Origin: Chara braunii
Lineage: Eukaryota; Plantae; Charophyceae
Length of the DNA stretch: 64,000 nt
Direction: 5' to 3'
Assembly: GCA_003427395.1 (NCBI GenBank)
Contig: BFEA01000025.1
Coordinates: 5,118,435-5,182,434 of the forward strand
Part shown: in pieces, positions 13,480-26,732 of the stretch
How positions within the stretch are numbered: the stretch's first letter is position 1
How the letters are laid out: every line of letters starts with the position of its first letter
The notes under the pieces: model-generated
The model's input: the letters and a program-made list of their open reading frames with translations, nothing else
Told to the model about the DNA's origin: nothing
The model's database searches: none
Position numbers and translations under genes: made by a program

Positions 13480-14008
13480 TTGTCTAACCATTCCATATTC
13501 TTTGCTTTGTGGATGGTTTGTGAATGTTTCATGGATGGAAGCAGGAGAAAGTTCAGGGTTCTTTGTCCACACACACACAAACACCCACCTACCCCCCCGC
13601 CGCCAACACCCACGCCCCCATGCCCCCACACCCAAACCGCTCTTTTACCATCGATACGCAGCTTCACACCATCTTTGCATTTAGATTAGCCCTTGCTTGT
13701 CATAACAGGCTGTGTGCCACGCACATGTGCACAGATCACCCGTTTCTTCGCATTTCATTTGGCCAAGCGACTCCACACATACATTTTCTCGAGTCCGAAG
13801 ATGATGTGACTGGTGTGCCTCTACACTTATCTCGTTCTTTTACCACAAGTACACACACTTCCGCATTCTTTCACAAGCTTGACCATTCAAGTGGACACAG
13901 AGAACACTGGGATACTCCTCTTATGTCACCGGAAAAACTACGATTCTGAAATTAAATTTAATTAATACAAAATAGCTGTGCCAACATCTCGAAGCAATCA
14001 TTACTCAC

Positions 14009-14084
14009 CTGATATACACAAAAACCATAACCCTTTGAATTGCCTGTGTCACGATCTTTCACCAAATCAAATGCTCGAAGCGGC
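14009..14084 (-). CDS. U2AF65: U2AF65 exon 13 (GPLRAFDLVKDRDTGNSKGYGFCVYQ), RRM2 RNP1
   Basis: Diagnostic motif; donor CAG|GTGAGT; phase 2 to 0. Confidence 0.98.
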
Positions 14085-14308
14085 CTGCACAATTGCACAG
14101 TACGATGGCAGTGTCACTAAGTCAACCTAACCTGTTGAGCGGTTCACCATCATCAAAGGAACCTGATTCAGCAAAACAGGATCTCTTCACAATGCGAAAG
14201 ACTCCAGCATGGGGGATAAGCACAGAAGCTCACAGAGATGCACTTCTACCATACACACACGACTCACAAAGTTGCCTGACTGAGGCCAATCAAGGGCAAG
14301 AGACTCAC

Positions 14309-14407
14309 CCAAATGCTGACAGTAGCTCCTTGATCTGTGTCTCTGTCAAATAATATGGCAACCCCCCGATAAATATTCGATCTGGTCCATCGGCTCCACC
14401 TTGAGCA
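14309..14407 (-). CDS. U2AF65: U2AF65 exon 12 (GAQGGADGPDRIFIGGLPYYLTETQIKELLSAF), RRM2 RNP2
   Basis: Diagnostic motif; donor TGG|GTGAGT; phase 2 to 2. Confidence 0.97.
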
Positions 14408-14460
14408 CTGCCACAACAATACACATAGCCTATCCTAAGTATAGAAGAAGCAGCCAAACA

Positions 14461-14518
<58 letters not shown>

Positions 14519-14707
14519 CAACCTCCTGATGAGTTGGTGAAAGTCCGACAAAAGAGTCTAGTACAATCAGCTTTTTCTGTTGAGCTGTGTATAGTAAACA
14601 GTCTGGCACAGTCAGCTTTTTCTGTTGAGTTTGTAATATAATGAACACCTTGAGCACTGCCACAACAATACACAGCCTATCCTAAGTATACAAGAAGCAG
14701 CCAAACA

Positions 14708-14748
<41 letters not shown>

Positions 14749-14892
14749 AACCTCCTGATGAGTTGGTGAAAGTCCGACAAAAGAGTCTCATACAATCAGC
14801 TTTTTCTGTTGAGCTGTGTATAGTAAAACAGTCTGGCACAGTCAGCTTTTTCTGTTGAGTTTGTAATATAATGAACACAACCCTCCCCCCCC

Positions 14893-14987
<95 letters not shown>

Positions 14988-15120
14988 AACCTCCTCATGA
15001 GTTGGTTAAAGTCTGACAAAACACCCGTACAATCAGCGTTTTCTGTCGAGTTGGGTATAGTAAAACAGTCTGGAGCAGTCAGCTTTTTCCGTGGAGTCCG
15101 TGTAAAGTAAACACAACCCC
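14397..15120. repeat. ~250-bp tandem triplication with CT/CA microsatellites; includes a copy of the exon 12 acceptor
   Basis: caacctcctgatgagttggtgaaagtccgacaaaa appears three times. Confidence 0.9.
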
Positions 15121-17103
15121 CCCCCAAAAAAAAGAAAAAAAACAATTCTCCCTAACCCAGTTTGTTTGAGAAGCACATGGGTGGCATCTCCAATGTCTTC
15201 GTTCTCCAACAAAAAGGGAAATGCAAGGAAAATGAGCAATAGTGAGATGACAATGTCCAGCATGCACAATCACATTGAAGGCCAGATAGTATCACAGTGT
15301 CCAGAAAGCAGAAATGCACCAATATAACACCAATGGAGAATCGTAACACTGAAAACCAATGTAAATGAGAGCTTGCTCTCGCCACCACCAACATGAGTGT
15401 CCAGGCCCCATCTCCCTACTTGGCGCTCGGCGCCCAGCCTACTTCCTACACAGCTACAGTCTGCCTGCTAACTGACAATGCAACTGTTGACGTCAGCAGC
15501 CCACGAAGTACTTGAAGATGTCACCCATAGCAAACCATCGCCAATACCAGGTATGTGCCCTCACATCATCATCATCATCCTTCTCTCTCTCCCTCTTCTT
15601 CACCCACGTCTTCCCTCTGTACACCCGAAGACCACCCCTGCCCCTCACTGTACTCCAAGCCCATCCAGCTATGGAGGCTGGGCTATGGCGCTGCCCTCAG
15701 CAGCGCCCTGCTCCCTGCACGACCGCACGCGCTAGCACCTTGCCTCTCAGCGCCAGCAGCAGCCCACGAGTGTCCGCTCCAGCAGCGCTGCCGCCAGCAT
15801 GCAAGTGCTGAATGAGGCTCCAGGCAGCGAGCTCTTTCCTATATAGAAAGAGCCTGCCTGCCTTCGCAGCCTGGATAAGCACGCTGGCCTGGGCCTGGGC
15901 CCAGAAGCTTCCGGTAGGCCCCAGGATGCTGCGCCTCTGGTGCAGCAACTGGGCCTCATTCGGTTGGGCCTCCCAACTGTCTGTGTATGAGGCTGCGAAT
16001 CTCGCCCAGGGCCTGCGTTTTCGGAAAAGACTCGAAGGCTGTGGAATTTCCTCGCTGCTTGGCCTGTGTTTTCCTTCAACCAACTGGCGCGCCGAAACTG
16101 CCTGGACCCCAAACACGAAATTGACAGCCGAGGGCCTCTCGTGATTTATCAGGCCCGCCTTCACTTACGGAGGGCGCATATGCAACAGGGGCCCCTTAGG
16201 CCTGCCGAGGACCCAGATCCTCGGAGAAACGAGCAGTTACAATATGGAATGAGAATGATCGGATTATATTTCACGAAACAATTCCCCACTGCCATGCACG
16301 GTTGCTCACAAATTCCCTAAGACCCAGAAGCGTTCGGCATTCTTCATTCATGTTTCTTTTCTTTCCTATTCTTCTTGATACTCATGTACTCCACAAAACA
16401 AACAGGGCTCTGGATTCCAGGGAACAATTGGCCGGTGTCACATCCAAGTTGCTTGCACAAACTTTTCCTGAAGCAAAGAGGGCTCTGCATTCTTCATCCA
16501 TTCATATTTCTTCTTTTCCATCCTTTTCTTTCTTTCCTTTTCTTTTCTTTTCTTCTCTTTTCTCTAGTTGGGCAAATCCTCATTTCACAAAACAAGTAGC
16601 CTGTGTCACACATAGGCTGCTCTCACATAAACCTTTCTCTTAAAGGCCCACAAAAAGAGAGCTCTGCGTTCTTCATCCACATTTCTTTCTTTGGCTTTCT
16701 TTCTTGTGTTTACTTTTTCACTTTACAACTTACAACTTCACATCATATTCCAGTCATAAACCACACCAATGCTCCCAAACACCCAATCACCCTCAAGATA
16801 TTTCAAACTGATGCAACTGAGCAAGAACAACCAATCACTGAGACAGCTGCATCGCCACACTCCCAACATTCTAAACTTCATGAACACCAAATCAGGCAAC
16901 ATATTCAACACTGACTCAGGGAAACACCTCGCTGAGCCCGCTGCACAGCACCGATGCTTTGACTAAAACAGCAACGTAAAACTGCAGTGCAACTTCTCGA
17001 GCCCAAAATCCGCTCGTCAAGATATACTATTATTCGCTCCAAGTGCTCATCAGTCAGAACTTGACATCGAGGAAAAGATCAAATAGGCAGGCGTAGTACG
17101 TAC

Positions 17104-17219
17104 CCTGGTGTCAGACCAACATTCGCCAGATTCAATAGTGGACTGGGTTGACTTGGGCCAAGAGTTGCAGCCATTGATGGGTTGTAGTCGCTAGGCCTTC
17201 GAACTCTAACAGATACGCC
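17104..17219 (-). CDS. U2AF65: U2AF65 exon 11 (GVSVRVRRPSDYNPSMAATLGPSQPSPLLNLANVGLTP)
   Basis: RRPSDYNP motif; phase 0 to 2. Confidence 0.97.
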
Positions 17220-18954
17220 CTGCGAGCCCAACCACATAGATGACCACAGAGGCACAGTGACAGTTGAAGCGATGGCAGAAGAATTCACAAATAGGAACAC
17301 CGCATTCGGAAATAATTACTCTGGACAGCCACTGTCTTCACCGATCCGGAACATACGATCATTATAATCGTATTCCGGGCAACTTTCAGTCCAGATGCGG
17401 CAAAGACCACCATGCGTTCTGTTCAGGGGGATACTGTAAGAACCCGATCACAATGAACCGTGGTCCTTGTATGATACAGAAGCATTGCTTGAACCGTGGT
17501 CCTTGTGTGCTATAGAAGTATTAGCCCATTGTCACGATGTGGCTGGATTTCTAACCTCTGTTAGAAAACACAACATTTGCTGGCATGCTCAGGATTCCCA
17601 CCGGAAATTTTTCCTTCTCAGCACCAAAATTGGGCCTTGTATCATATTTACAAAGTGGTGATAGGAAATACCAAAATCAATAAAGGGAGGGCGATAAGGG
17701 ATCCCGCAGAACCGTGATGGGACAAGCATTCTACATTCAGCACCTCTATTGTGGATGATAAAAAATATGGTGAGCTAAGTAAAAGGATTTCACTATTATC
17801 CACTCTAGTTCCAGTTCCAGTCCCAGACCCGGTCCCATGTCCTACAGTCCACTGTCCCTAAGTCAGAGCTAAGTAGAACAACAGGCGTTGTAGGCAGATT
17901 CCGGTAGCTACCAGCAGGCATAGGGAAAAGCTGATAGAAGTGGGTAGGGCCCTCTGAGTGTCACTCACTCCAGTCAGCAGCAAAGCCCCAGGAATGTCAG
18001 GGAATTTCCAAAAGCAACAAACCTTGGCCGAGGGACGTGCCCATAACTGCTCGAGAGAGTCCAATATAAAAAGTCCAGTTATTCAAGTCGTAAAAAAACA
18101 CATATTCACTTGTGTGACTAAGGGGGAAGTGCCGCTGTGCTATTTTAGGATGCAATGTTGGTCAATGCTGTAGGTAGTAGTCTACCGCACATGCTCATAG
18201 CTAGGTCAAGTGAGAGAGAGAGAGAGAGGGAGTGACATTGACAGGCATTCACAGCAAGCGTGAGGCAGAGAGAGAGAGACGGAGAGAGAGAGAGGGGGGG
18301 GGAGATAGAGAGAGAGAGAGAGACCATGCCTGAGTGCTGAGGCAGAGAGAGAGAGACGGAGAGAGAGAGAGAGGGGGGGGGAGAGAGAGAGAGACCATGA
18401 ATGAGTGCTGAGGCAGAGAGAGAGACGGAGAGAGAGAGAGAGAGAGAGAGAGACCATGCCTGAGTGCTGAGCACTGGCTCACAGCGACAGCCTCCCAGCA
18501 TGTACAAAGACAATTTTGTGTAATTGAGATGATTGGCAGAGACTATCTTCGAGTTCACGTCTGACGCGAGTGTGTGCAAATTTCTCTGAGAGTCGTGTGG
18601 ATGGTGTGGTGTCGCATATGGCTGGGCTCACAGCATAAGCATGTGGTGATACCCGTGCTTACTGAACCCAAATACAGCACAACGCGAGGGAAAATGAGCG
18701 TCAATGCATCCACAATAGATTCATCAAAACGCAAGACCAATCAGCCGGTCAACCCAAACCAGAGTCTTCACAAGCTCAACGTTCAGCTCCTTCATGCTAG
18801 CTGTACCCTATGTCCTGCTGGGCTACGCCGGTGACCAGACAACAACAAGAACATGGACGAATAGAAGGCAAAACATGCAGATCCAATTGGGCAAGAACTG
18901 AACATCAAGCTGTGAACCCGAGCAAAGAGGAAACCCAACGGCGAAGATCGGTAC

Positions 18955-19067
18955 CTCATAGTTAATGCCATCCAATGCCATGGCATTGCTGGCCTCCTCA
19001 ACAGTTCTGAATTCTACGAACGCGAATTTCTTCTCCTGGTTGATATACACATTAACAACAGCATCAC
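18955..19067 (-). CDS. U2AF65: U2AF65 exon 10 (GDAVVNVYINQEKKFAFVEFRTVEEASNAMALDGINYE), RRM1 RNP1
   Basis: Diagnostic motif; phase 1 to 0; donor GAG|GTACCG. Confidence 0.98.
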
Positions 19068-19233
19068 CTACAGAACATAAGATTGACACATGGGAACTAT
19101 CAGTACAACATCCAATGAGGTCATAGCATATGTTGGAACAAAAGCAAAATAGCAGTTACAAAAGATTTCAAAAATCGCGAGGCAAGTGATCACCATGCAA
19201 AATCGCATGGGCTCTGCACAAGGATGACACACA

Positions 19234-19365
19234 TAAATCGAGAACTGGTGCAAATATTTCTACCCCTGGCGTGTTGCCTACATTTCAGAAAACATGGCAT
19301 GCATAAATCGAGAACTGGTGCAAATATTTCTACCCCTGGCGTGTTGCCTACATTTCAGAAAACCA
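19234..19365. repeat. ~70-bp near-perfect tandem duplication
   Basis: ataaatcgagaactggtgcaaatatttctacccctggcgtgttgcctacatttcagaaaac occurs twice. Confidence 0.9.
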
Positions 19366-22300
19366 AAGAAAGAGACAGATTTATCTTTTCGTCATTACTC
19401 TATCGCCATGCAACCTATGTTACCAGAGCGCCCCAGGACAACTTGCCCAGCCGTGCCAAAAATGAGTAAAAATATAAAAAACCCAACGACATCTCGGACA
19501 CGCCGATGCAATGCTAAAGACCTATCCTCAAGGTCGAACACCATGGAGAAAATGCAGAGGGCTACTTGAGACATCTTTCATGATTTTTTTTATTATTATT
19601 TTTTTGGGGGGGAGGGGGGTTCCCTCCTATAGACACCTTTTCCTCTCAGTGCTTTGAAATTATGGTACTTGATAGATACCAAGAGTCAAAACCATCCCTT
19701 ACGGAGGGTAACGAAGTGCTAAACCAGGTACCACTCCCTGGACATATCACAACATTCAGAAATCAAACCTTTCAGAAGTTGCTGAATACAGGTAGGGGCC
19801 CAGTCAGAGTGTTGCCAGAAGGAGATGATCTCTGCAAACATTGCAGGCACAAACACTGCGCCGGGAATCAGAAAGCTTGTCTCATACTCTGCAAGAGAGA
19901 CGCACAAAGCTAAGAGGAGCCCCTGTGCAGGTAGAGAGAGTTGTGATGACCCGTCCGAACAAGGACTGAAACACACAGCTAATTTCTGAGTTTTGCCCAT
20001 AGACTGAATGCCTGACTGAGTTTCCCGCTTTCTGCTAAGTCTGTGTATGCGTGCTTGCTGGACTGCATGTCTGTCTGAGTGCTGGATGGCGTGAGTGTGT
20101 GTGCCCGTGCCTGTCTGAGTGCTGGTTGGCTTGAGTGTGTGTGTGACCGTGCTTGTCTGTGTGCCGGTTGCTTGAATGTGGCCCGTAAGGGCACCTGTTC
20201 GTTCGCTGGGCCCTCAGGGCCGATACTTACCTGTGGCCTTGGCATCGGGGGATTGCAGCGGGAAAACACTCAAGTAGCGGGAGGCCGGTACCGCACTACG
20301 AAGGNGTAGATGTGCGGGTACTGGAGGCCGAGCAGANNAAGACAAAAGTTGCANTTTTAGAGGCCCAGTAGTTGTAGGCTAGGTCTAGGCAGGTACCAGT
20401 CTAACCAGTCGGAGTCTAGGGCCTGTACGGGCAATATCAGAGTCTGCAATGATGTTTCCCTCCGAAACGGAGGAGGTACCGGTTGCTGGAGAGGCCGAGC
20501 GGCCTGGAAGTCACCGCCCAGGGAGGCAAGCAGGCCGCTATATCTTCAGACCGGGCGAAGAGCCCGNCCTCATTCTCAGTGTGCAAGTTTGGCGACACGC
20601 TGGTGGAGCGCTAGGTGGAGCAGCGCTGGGTTGGAGTAGCGCTGCTGGGGGAGGAAGAAGAAGGACAGGAGGAAGAAGAAGAAGGAAGGAGGAAGAAGAA
20701 GGAGGAAGAGGGAGGAGCGCCAGGGGTACTTACCTGGCTATGGTGGCAGCCATCTTCATCACCTTGGTGGGCGCTGCAGCAAGAAGACCCCAGCAAGGGG
20801 AGAGCGGCACCAAGAAGCTTCGAGGCAGAGTGGGGCATGGCGACCTGAGTGGTGGCAGCCATAGCTGCTTTGAGTTGTCCTCTGCACAGCAGAGCCTGGG
20901 CAGCCATAGCTGCTTTGCGTTGTCCGTTGCATATCAGGGCCAGGCCGTAGTAGTCCACCATAGCCTCGGCCTTCAAGGTGGAAGGAGGGTAGAGGCAGCC
21001 ATGGCTATGGTGGACCTCAAGTGTTACATGCAGTAGAAGTGGGACTCGGACATTGATTCTGGTTCAGCCTTTCGACATTGTATTATTATTTCTTGTATGA
21101 ATAAGAGAGGGGGAGATAACAGGGAGGAGGTTGTCGGGCGAAGAAGAAGAGCCTTGACATTTGCTTTTGCAGGTGTAGATCATCTTCTTCTTCTTTCTTA
21201 CTTCTCCTCCTTCTTCTTACCTTCTCTCTCCTCTCAAGTTCATTCATTTCCTTTTGCAGTTGGACGGCATTGTGCTTTTGATGGATGTGTATCTCGCAAT
21301 TGGCCAGGGTCATAACAGAGTAAAAGTCGTGCTCAGTTGCATTCGATGCTGCGAGAGGGGCAGCAATCAAACCTCTCATAGCACCCCACTTTTCAGTAAT
21401 TAATAGGAGCCCCAAGGTAGAGAGGGTGAAAGCCGTGTTCACTTTGTTTCAATGCTGAAAAAGGGGCAGCGATTAAACCTCACATATGCAGGGATTGCCG
21501 GATTCAAACCTGCCACCTGCCCAAGTATTTGCGGGATTTCAGCCTGGATACCGCTGGATAACAAACGAGGAAAACGGTTGTTCTGTTTTGAAGATGGCGA
21601 GGTTTGAACCTGAGCCCTGTGTGTGCAGTCTCAGTTTGCCAAGCATAGTGTGTACAGTGTCTATTTTTGCCTACAGCACTGGTGGGACCTCTGATGGCTG
21701 CTGGTAATTTCGGCTTCTGTATTGGGAGACAGACCCCCGTAGGCCCCGTGGAGTAGCAGCTCATCAAAAGCAACGAGTTCGAGCAAAGCTCTCGTTTAGA
21801 AATCACTCATCACGTCTTTGCTGCTTGATGAGACTGGAAGTGCACACTACTTTCAACACGAATAGAGGAGAGAGAGGGCACAGTCATAGCTGGTGAGAAC
21901 TTGCTTTTCACTGGGACCGTCTCTTGAGCCAATTGCTGAACGTCGCTCGGGGAGGCAGGGCGGCCACTTCTACATCAGCTTTTTTCGGTTTCTTAAACTA
22001 TTTTTGGATGTGATTGTTCAATTCCAACGTTCGATGGAGTTGCAAACAAGAGTGATCTCATCTCAATTAAGTGTGTAAGTGAGATGACGGATAGAAGTAA
22101 ACACCCCACTTCTCCCTTCTGGTTGCTCATTGCATCAAAACCAATGATTGCCTCTTCCACGAGACCTTCCGACCTGCATACAACCCCTCCTACCTACCCC
22201 ATCCATTCATGGGCAGCCATATCGCTCAGCCCCCACCCAGCATCACCCAGCATCAAACCGGACAAACCTCTCCATCATCCGTTCACCACTAACAACCAAC

Positions 22301-22725
22301 CTTGCGGAGCGCATGCGGACTTGTCCCCGCTTGTCTGCTTCCCTCCCTCATTTTTGGCATGGCTTATTAGAGAGGGGCACAGTATGGCAGCAAAACCGCC
22401 CAATACATTTCCTTTTGTAAACCCTCTAATCGTCATTGAATCACCCAGGGATTGTATTCTCATTCCCTGGTATCCCCTTCACAATGCGTAGAGGGGTTCT
22501 GAAGTTCTCTATCCATCACCACCATTCCATTTGGACAAATTAGTACCACAATAATAATGAATTCAATCCCACTCCACTTGCTGATTGGGGCCTGTTGTGA
22601 ATCTACCATGCAGTGCCAAGGGACCCAGCTAATGAAATGACCGAGAGAGACCATTCTGCAAAAAAAAGGGACAAAGGAAAGGGAGATACCTTGCAGTGCC
22701 AGGGAACCCAGCTAATGAAATGACC

Positions 22726-22775
<50 letters not shown>

Positions 22776-22905
22776 CCCATTCCGCGAAACAAAAAAGGGA
22801 CAAAGGAAAGGGAGATAGTAGAAAAAGACTGAAAGGGGTCGCATCAGGTTGTAGCCTTTGGTAATAACGAGGGATAACAGGAGACAAAGTGGGCAAGTTA
22901 TTTAC

Positions 22906-22966
22906 CTGGACCGGCAGTGTTTCCTCCTACGGCAGCCATAGCAGTGCTGAAGAATGTTGCGACACT
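22906..22966 (-). CDS. U2AF65: U2AF65 exon 9 (SVATFFSTAMAAVGGNTAGP)
   Basis: Plant U2AF65 motif GGNTAGPG; donor CAG|GTAAAT, phase 0 to 1. Confidence 0.97.
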
Positions 22967-23380
22967 CTAGCAGAACAACAAAACAGCACATGCACTCATT
23001 GTCAGCAGGTTGTGAGAAGCTTCTATAGCAACAAGATCTATAGCACAAATCGTGCTAAGAACAGCAAACGCCATTCAGGCCTAGCATGGACAATCTGCCT
23101 CCAGGCACTTCTGCTGCTTAAAGAAGATCAACATGGACTCCAGACCGTTCACGGGATTCATAAAATGCTAACGATGTTGTTTTCACAGACCCAGACAGTG
23201 GGCCAATCTGGACACAACCCCTGGGTTGGAAGCACTACTGTCCCTTAATTTAGTTTGACCCAACCTGGACACCAAAACAGTTTCAAAGGCGCTATGAACT
23301 GATGGAATCCAGACAACATCGTATTGTAACTGGTCTCCCCAACTACCGCATCTCAACAGCAAACCCCGAAGCCAGCAGAC

Positions 23381-23475
23381 TACCGTCTTCACCCGAATAG
23401 AACATTATGGCTGCATCTGGATTGAAAGTTGCCCCAAATGCGGCTATAAAGCGTTCTATCCAGGTGAAGACGGTA
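23381..23475. mobile_element. CCGT-terminal MITE (Tc1/mariner-pogo type) with TA target duplication
   Basis: TA-ccgtcttcacccgaatagaac...gttctatccaggtgaagacgg-TA. Confidence 0.8.
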
Positions 23476-24267
23476 GTACATCAAACCTGGGCCTACCTTA
23501 CGGCCACAAATGGATCCAAACATCACCTTCTGATGCATTGCGAACACCAAATCCAGCACTCGTCACAATCCTCTATCCAGCATGATCATTTTTTTTAAAA
23601 CAATTCATTTTATTTCAAAACAGTTAGGCCGGGGTCCTCACAGTTCTATGTGGGGAAACAGGACTGGAAGCATCATCCAGCTTAGCTTACAGGCTTTTTT
23701 CTCCGAACTTGTGTGAAGTCTAAACCGCTACTAATTGCTCCCCGCGAGCGGCTTCGCTCACTTCAACAACTTCCTCTTTCCTGACTGGGCACCCATGCTT
23801 GGCCTAACTCAACGGTCCAAACTTTACCCTCGACCCTAGCCATCATGTCTATCCTCTCCCTTCCGTTTGTTCGCCACCCAGCAACACAGGCAACAGTGCA
23901 CAATCAACTGTCGCAATAAATCACAACCGATTGTCGAACATAAAGTACTCAGAAATCCCTGCAAACTGCAAATCCTCCAATTGCTGCTCATCATAATCCT
24001 CTATCAGGCATTATGTTTGTCCTCTCTTCCGTTTGTTACGTCAAACCATCTTGCTTCAACAATGCAGTTTGTGATAGTCGTAATAAAAACGCAACCACCA
24101 CAACAACTGGAATAACTGAGCGAGACATGGAAACAAGATCATTGCCAATTCTCTTCCTCGATACTTAACAACAGGGTCCTAACTCTATGTATCTCCTATT
24201 GACTTGCTGGGGGAAAGGAAACAGACTGTTGCTCCCTAGAGAAAAAAAAAAAAAAAAAAAAAAAACC

Positions 24268-24330
24268 GGGTCCTAACTCAGTTGCTACGCTCATGAACTG
24301 TTGAATACAGGCCGAAATTCGAATCCACAT
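24268..24330 (+). mobile_element. Degenerate tRNA-derived SINE head
   Basis: cctaactcagttg (A box-like)...catgaactgttgaa...attcgaatcc (B box-like); similar to copies at 26604 and 28645. Confidence 0.5.
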
Positions 24331-25192
24331 GCAATCAGATAAACAGAAGAAGAAAAGGAGAAAATGATCAATTCCATAAGACCGCATAGCCTAAACAGCC
24401 AAATAAAGAGGGCAATGATGGCAGGCTGGCAGCGACACCTCTTCCACCTAGCCATCTTCCCCTAAATTCCCTATTAATTCTCCCCACCTCCTGCTCCTCT
24501 TCTCATAATCCTCCTCCTCATGTAAGAGCCGAGGCAGTCAGATCAAGCTCAGCAAATGCAGGCATGATCTCCCATCGTACTCGCTGCATCTGGATGACGA
24601 TCCCTATCGAACTTCCTGTGGAGTCTTAGTTCTCCACGTCGAAACTTTCCCGTCTCATATGCTTAGCTCAGACGCTTTCAGGAAGGGCTTACATTTGTTC
24701 GAAAGTCGCACCTAACAATTCCTTCATGTCATTGCATGTCACTGCCCAGCAGCAGCAAAAGGATGAGCCATGACAAGCTGACTACTTAGATTCAACTCGG
24801 TCACACCCAGCCAGCATCCATAGCTACACCTTTCGGTACCCTATCTCCCGCCCGGGTAACTCCCTGGCCAGCAACAAGATGACGATACCAGCAGTGCTGT
24901 TTCCAGTACATCGTCACGCACATATCAACTAAACGAGAGCACGTAAGTGACACAAACAAGGAAAAAAAGAGCAGACAGCACGACGCACACGGAATCTGTG
25001 ATTTTCATATTTTTCTCCGTTGCTCATACTCTTGGTAGTCATCGATCTATAGAACCCCAGTGTACGAGGGTGATAACCTGATCAGCGAGCAATGGCAATG
25101 AGAACAGGATTCGCTTCGTCAAAACCCTCTTTTCCCCTCAACCCTTTGAAGGTATCATCGTAGTGTAAGATGATCAAACATCAATATTGTAC

Positions 25193-25252
25193 CTGTTCGT
25201 TTGCAAGGGGTGGCAGGCCTCCAACATACACTCGCCTCGCATGCCGAGTTGC
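25193..25252 (-). CDS. U2AF65: U2AF65 exon 8 (ATRHARRVYVGGLPPLANEQ), RRM1 RNP2
   Basis: Diagnostic motif; TAG acceptor, donor CAG|GTACAA. Confidence 0.97.
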
Positions 25253-26603
25253 CTACATACAACAATCAATTGGATCAATGCACAAGAACACAAACCACTT
25301 CTCTATGTCAAATAGCAAAGGAAACTCGGTTCGCTCTTCTCAAATCTCTTGAGCGACCAAAAGGACGATGAAGGCAACAGCAACAGCAGGACACTCTTGT
25401 GGGGTGTGAACAACGATATCATGCATGCAGGAAACATAGAGTCCTCAGGCTGGTTAAAGACCCTTGATAACAATTACCATTGACTGCAAATGTAAACCCA
25501 TTCACCACAGTAATACCCACAACAATGACGCACCCGCCACGACATGAATACGCACACACAGAATGACAACACACCCCACCCCAAGCACAGAAACACAGAA
25601 AGCACAAACAACAAGGGATTACAGAGAGAAAAAGGTCATTCATAGGAAGCAAAAGGCCTTACGTGCTGTGCGCATGATGTCAGAACAGAGTTACCAGCAA
25701 AGGTCGGGCAGTTTGCGATACGATGACGTTGGAGAAACCAGCAATATGGCGTGCAGACATGCACACAAGACAGATCACCAAGAAGTATGCACAGCAGGGG
25801 TCATTTATTCATGCATGTAACATTGCACATGCACCTCAAGTTCTCAACCCTTTTCCTTGCCCTTGCCCTTCCCCTACCCTTGGCCGTGCCCTTCTTCTAC
25901 CCTTTTAGCCCTTCTTTGCATCATAAAAGCCATATTCAGCAGGGGATCCTCCGTTTACAATTGAAAACTCAACCCGAAAGGACAGGATTAATTGAATATA
26001 TGCCTCTCCACTTTTGCCTTCTAATTGCACAAATGCCTGCATCAGAATTCATCTGAACCACACAACAGATATTGGACATGGCTATCATCATGGCAAGTTG
26101 TACTCTCGCATCGAGATTCGTGCAAATTGAGCACTGTATAAAGGCCTCCATTAAGCCTCCTCTCCCTCCCTCCCCCTCCCCCCCCCAACAACCCAAAAGA
26201 CAATTTACGAGAGCAGGACCAGCCAACATACTTGCTTCAGTCGAAGACATTCCCGCAGTGCTAACAAGTCGGGAAGGAAAGAGGGACTCGTGACCATGAC
26301 TACAACCCAGAGGCACAGAGTGCATCCAGTTGTTGCTCAGGGGTACCTTGGCATGCAGAACAAACAATGCTCACAGAAAATGCAATGTCACCCCCCAGCT
26401 AGAAAATACAGTCAGTATGACGCACTCCAACAACGTTCCCGTCAGACGCAGTCACATTTAGAAAGGCCCCACATTGGTAGCTGCAGTCTGGTCATATGAG
26501 GAGACTGCTCCAGTAATTGCGCTATGCCAAACCATGACAACACACCTCAAACAAAAGAAAACATGGTTGGTTTTTCATCTGCTCCCCTAACGACAATACC
26601 AAT

Positions 26604-26732
26604 GCCCCTAGCTCAGTTCGTGCACACATGAACTGTCGAAAGATAGACCGCAGTTTGAGTCCCTACATGAATAGAGCCAAATAATTGTGAATTTCGAGAA
26701 CCCCTTTCCTTTAAAAAAAAATAAAAAAGAAA
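26604..26732 (+). mobile_element. tRNA-derived SINE
   Basis: cctagctcagtt A box, gtttgagtcc B box, A-rich tail. Confidence 0.65.

Noticed and set aside
15390-16350. GC-rich coding-like stretch, possibly a non-LTR retrotransposon remnant (similar cases near 9900-10420, 19640-19900, 23600-24900, 26960-27290)
   Set aside because: No motif recognisable with confidence; needs a translated search against TE proteins
20223-20737. ATACTTACCTG resembling the U1 snRNA 5' end
   Set aside because: No U1 body follows; it is the reverse complement of a consensus donor
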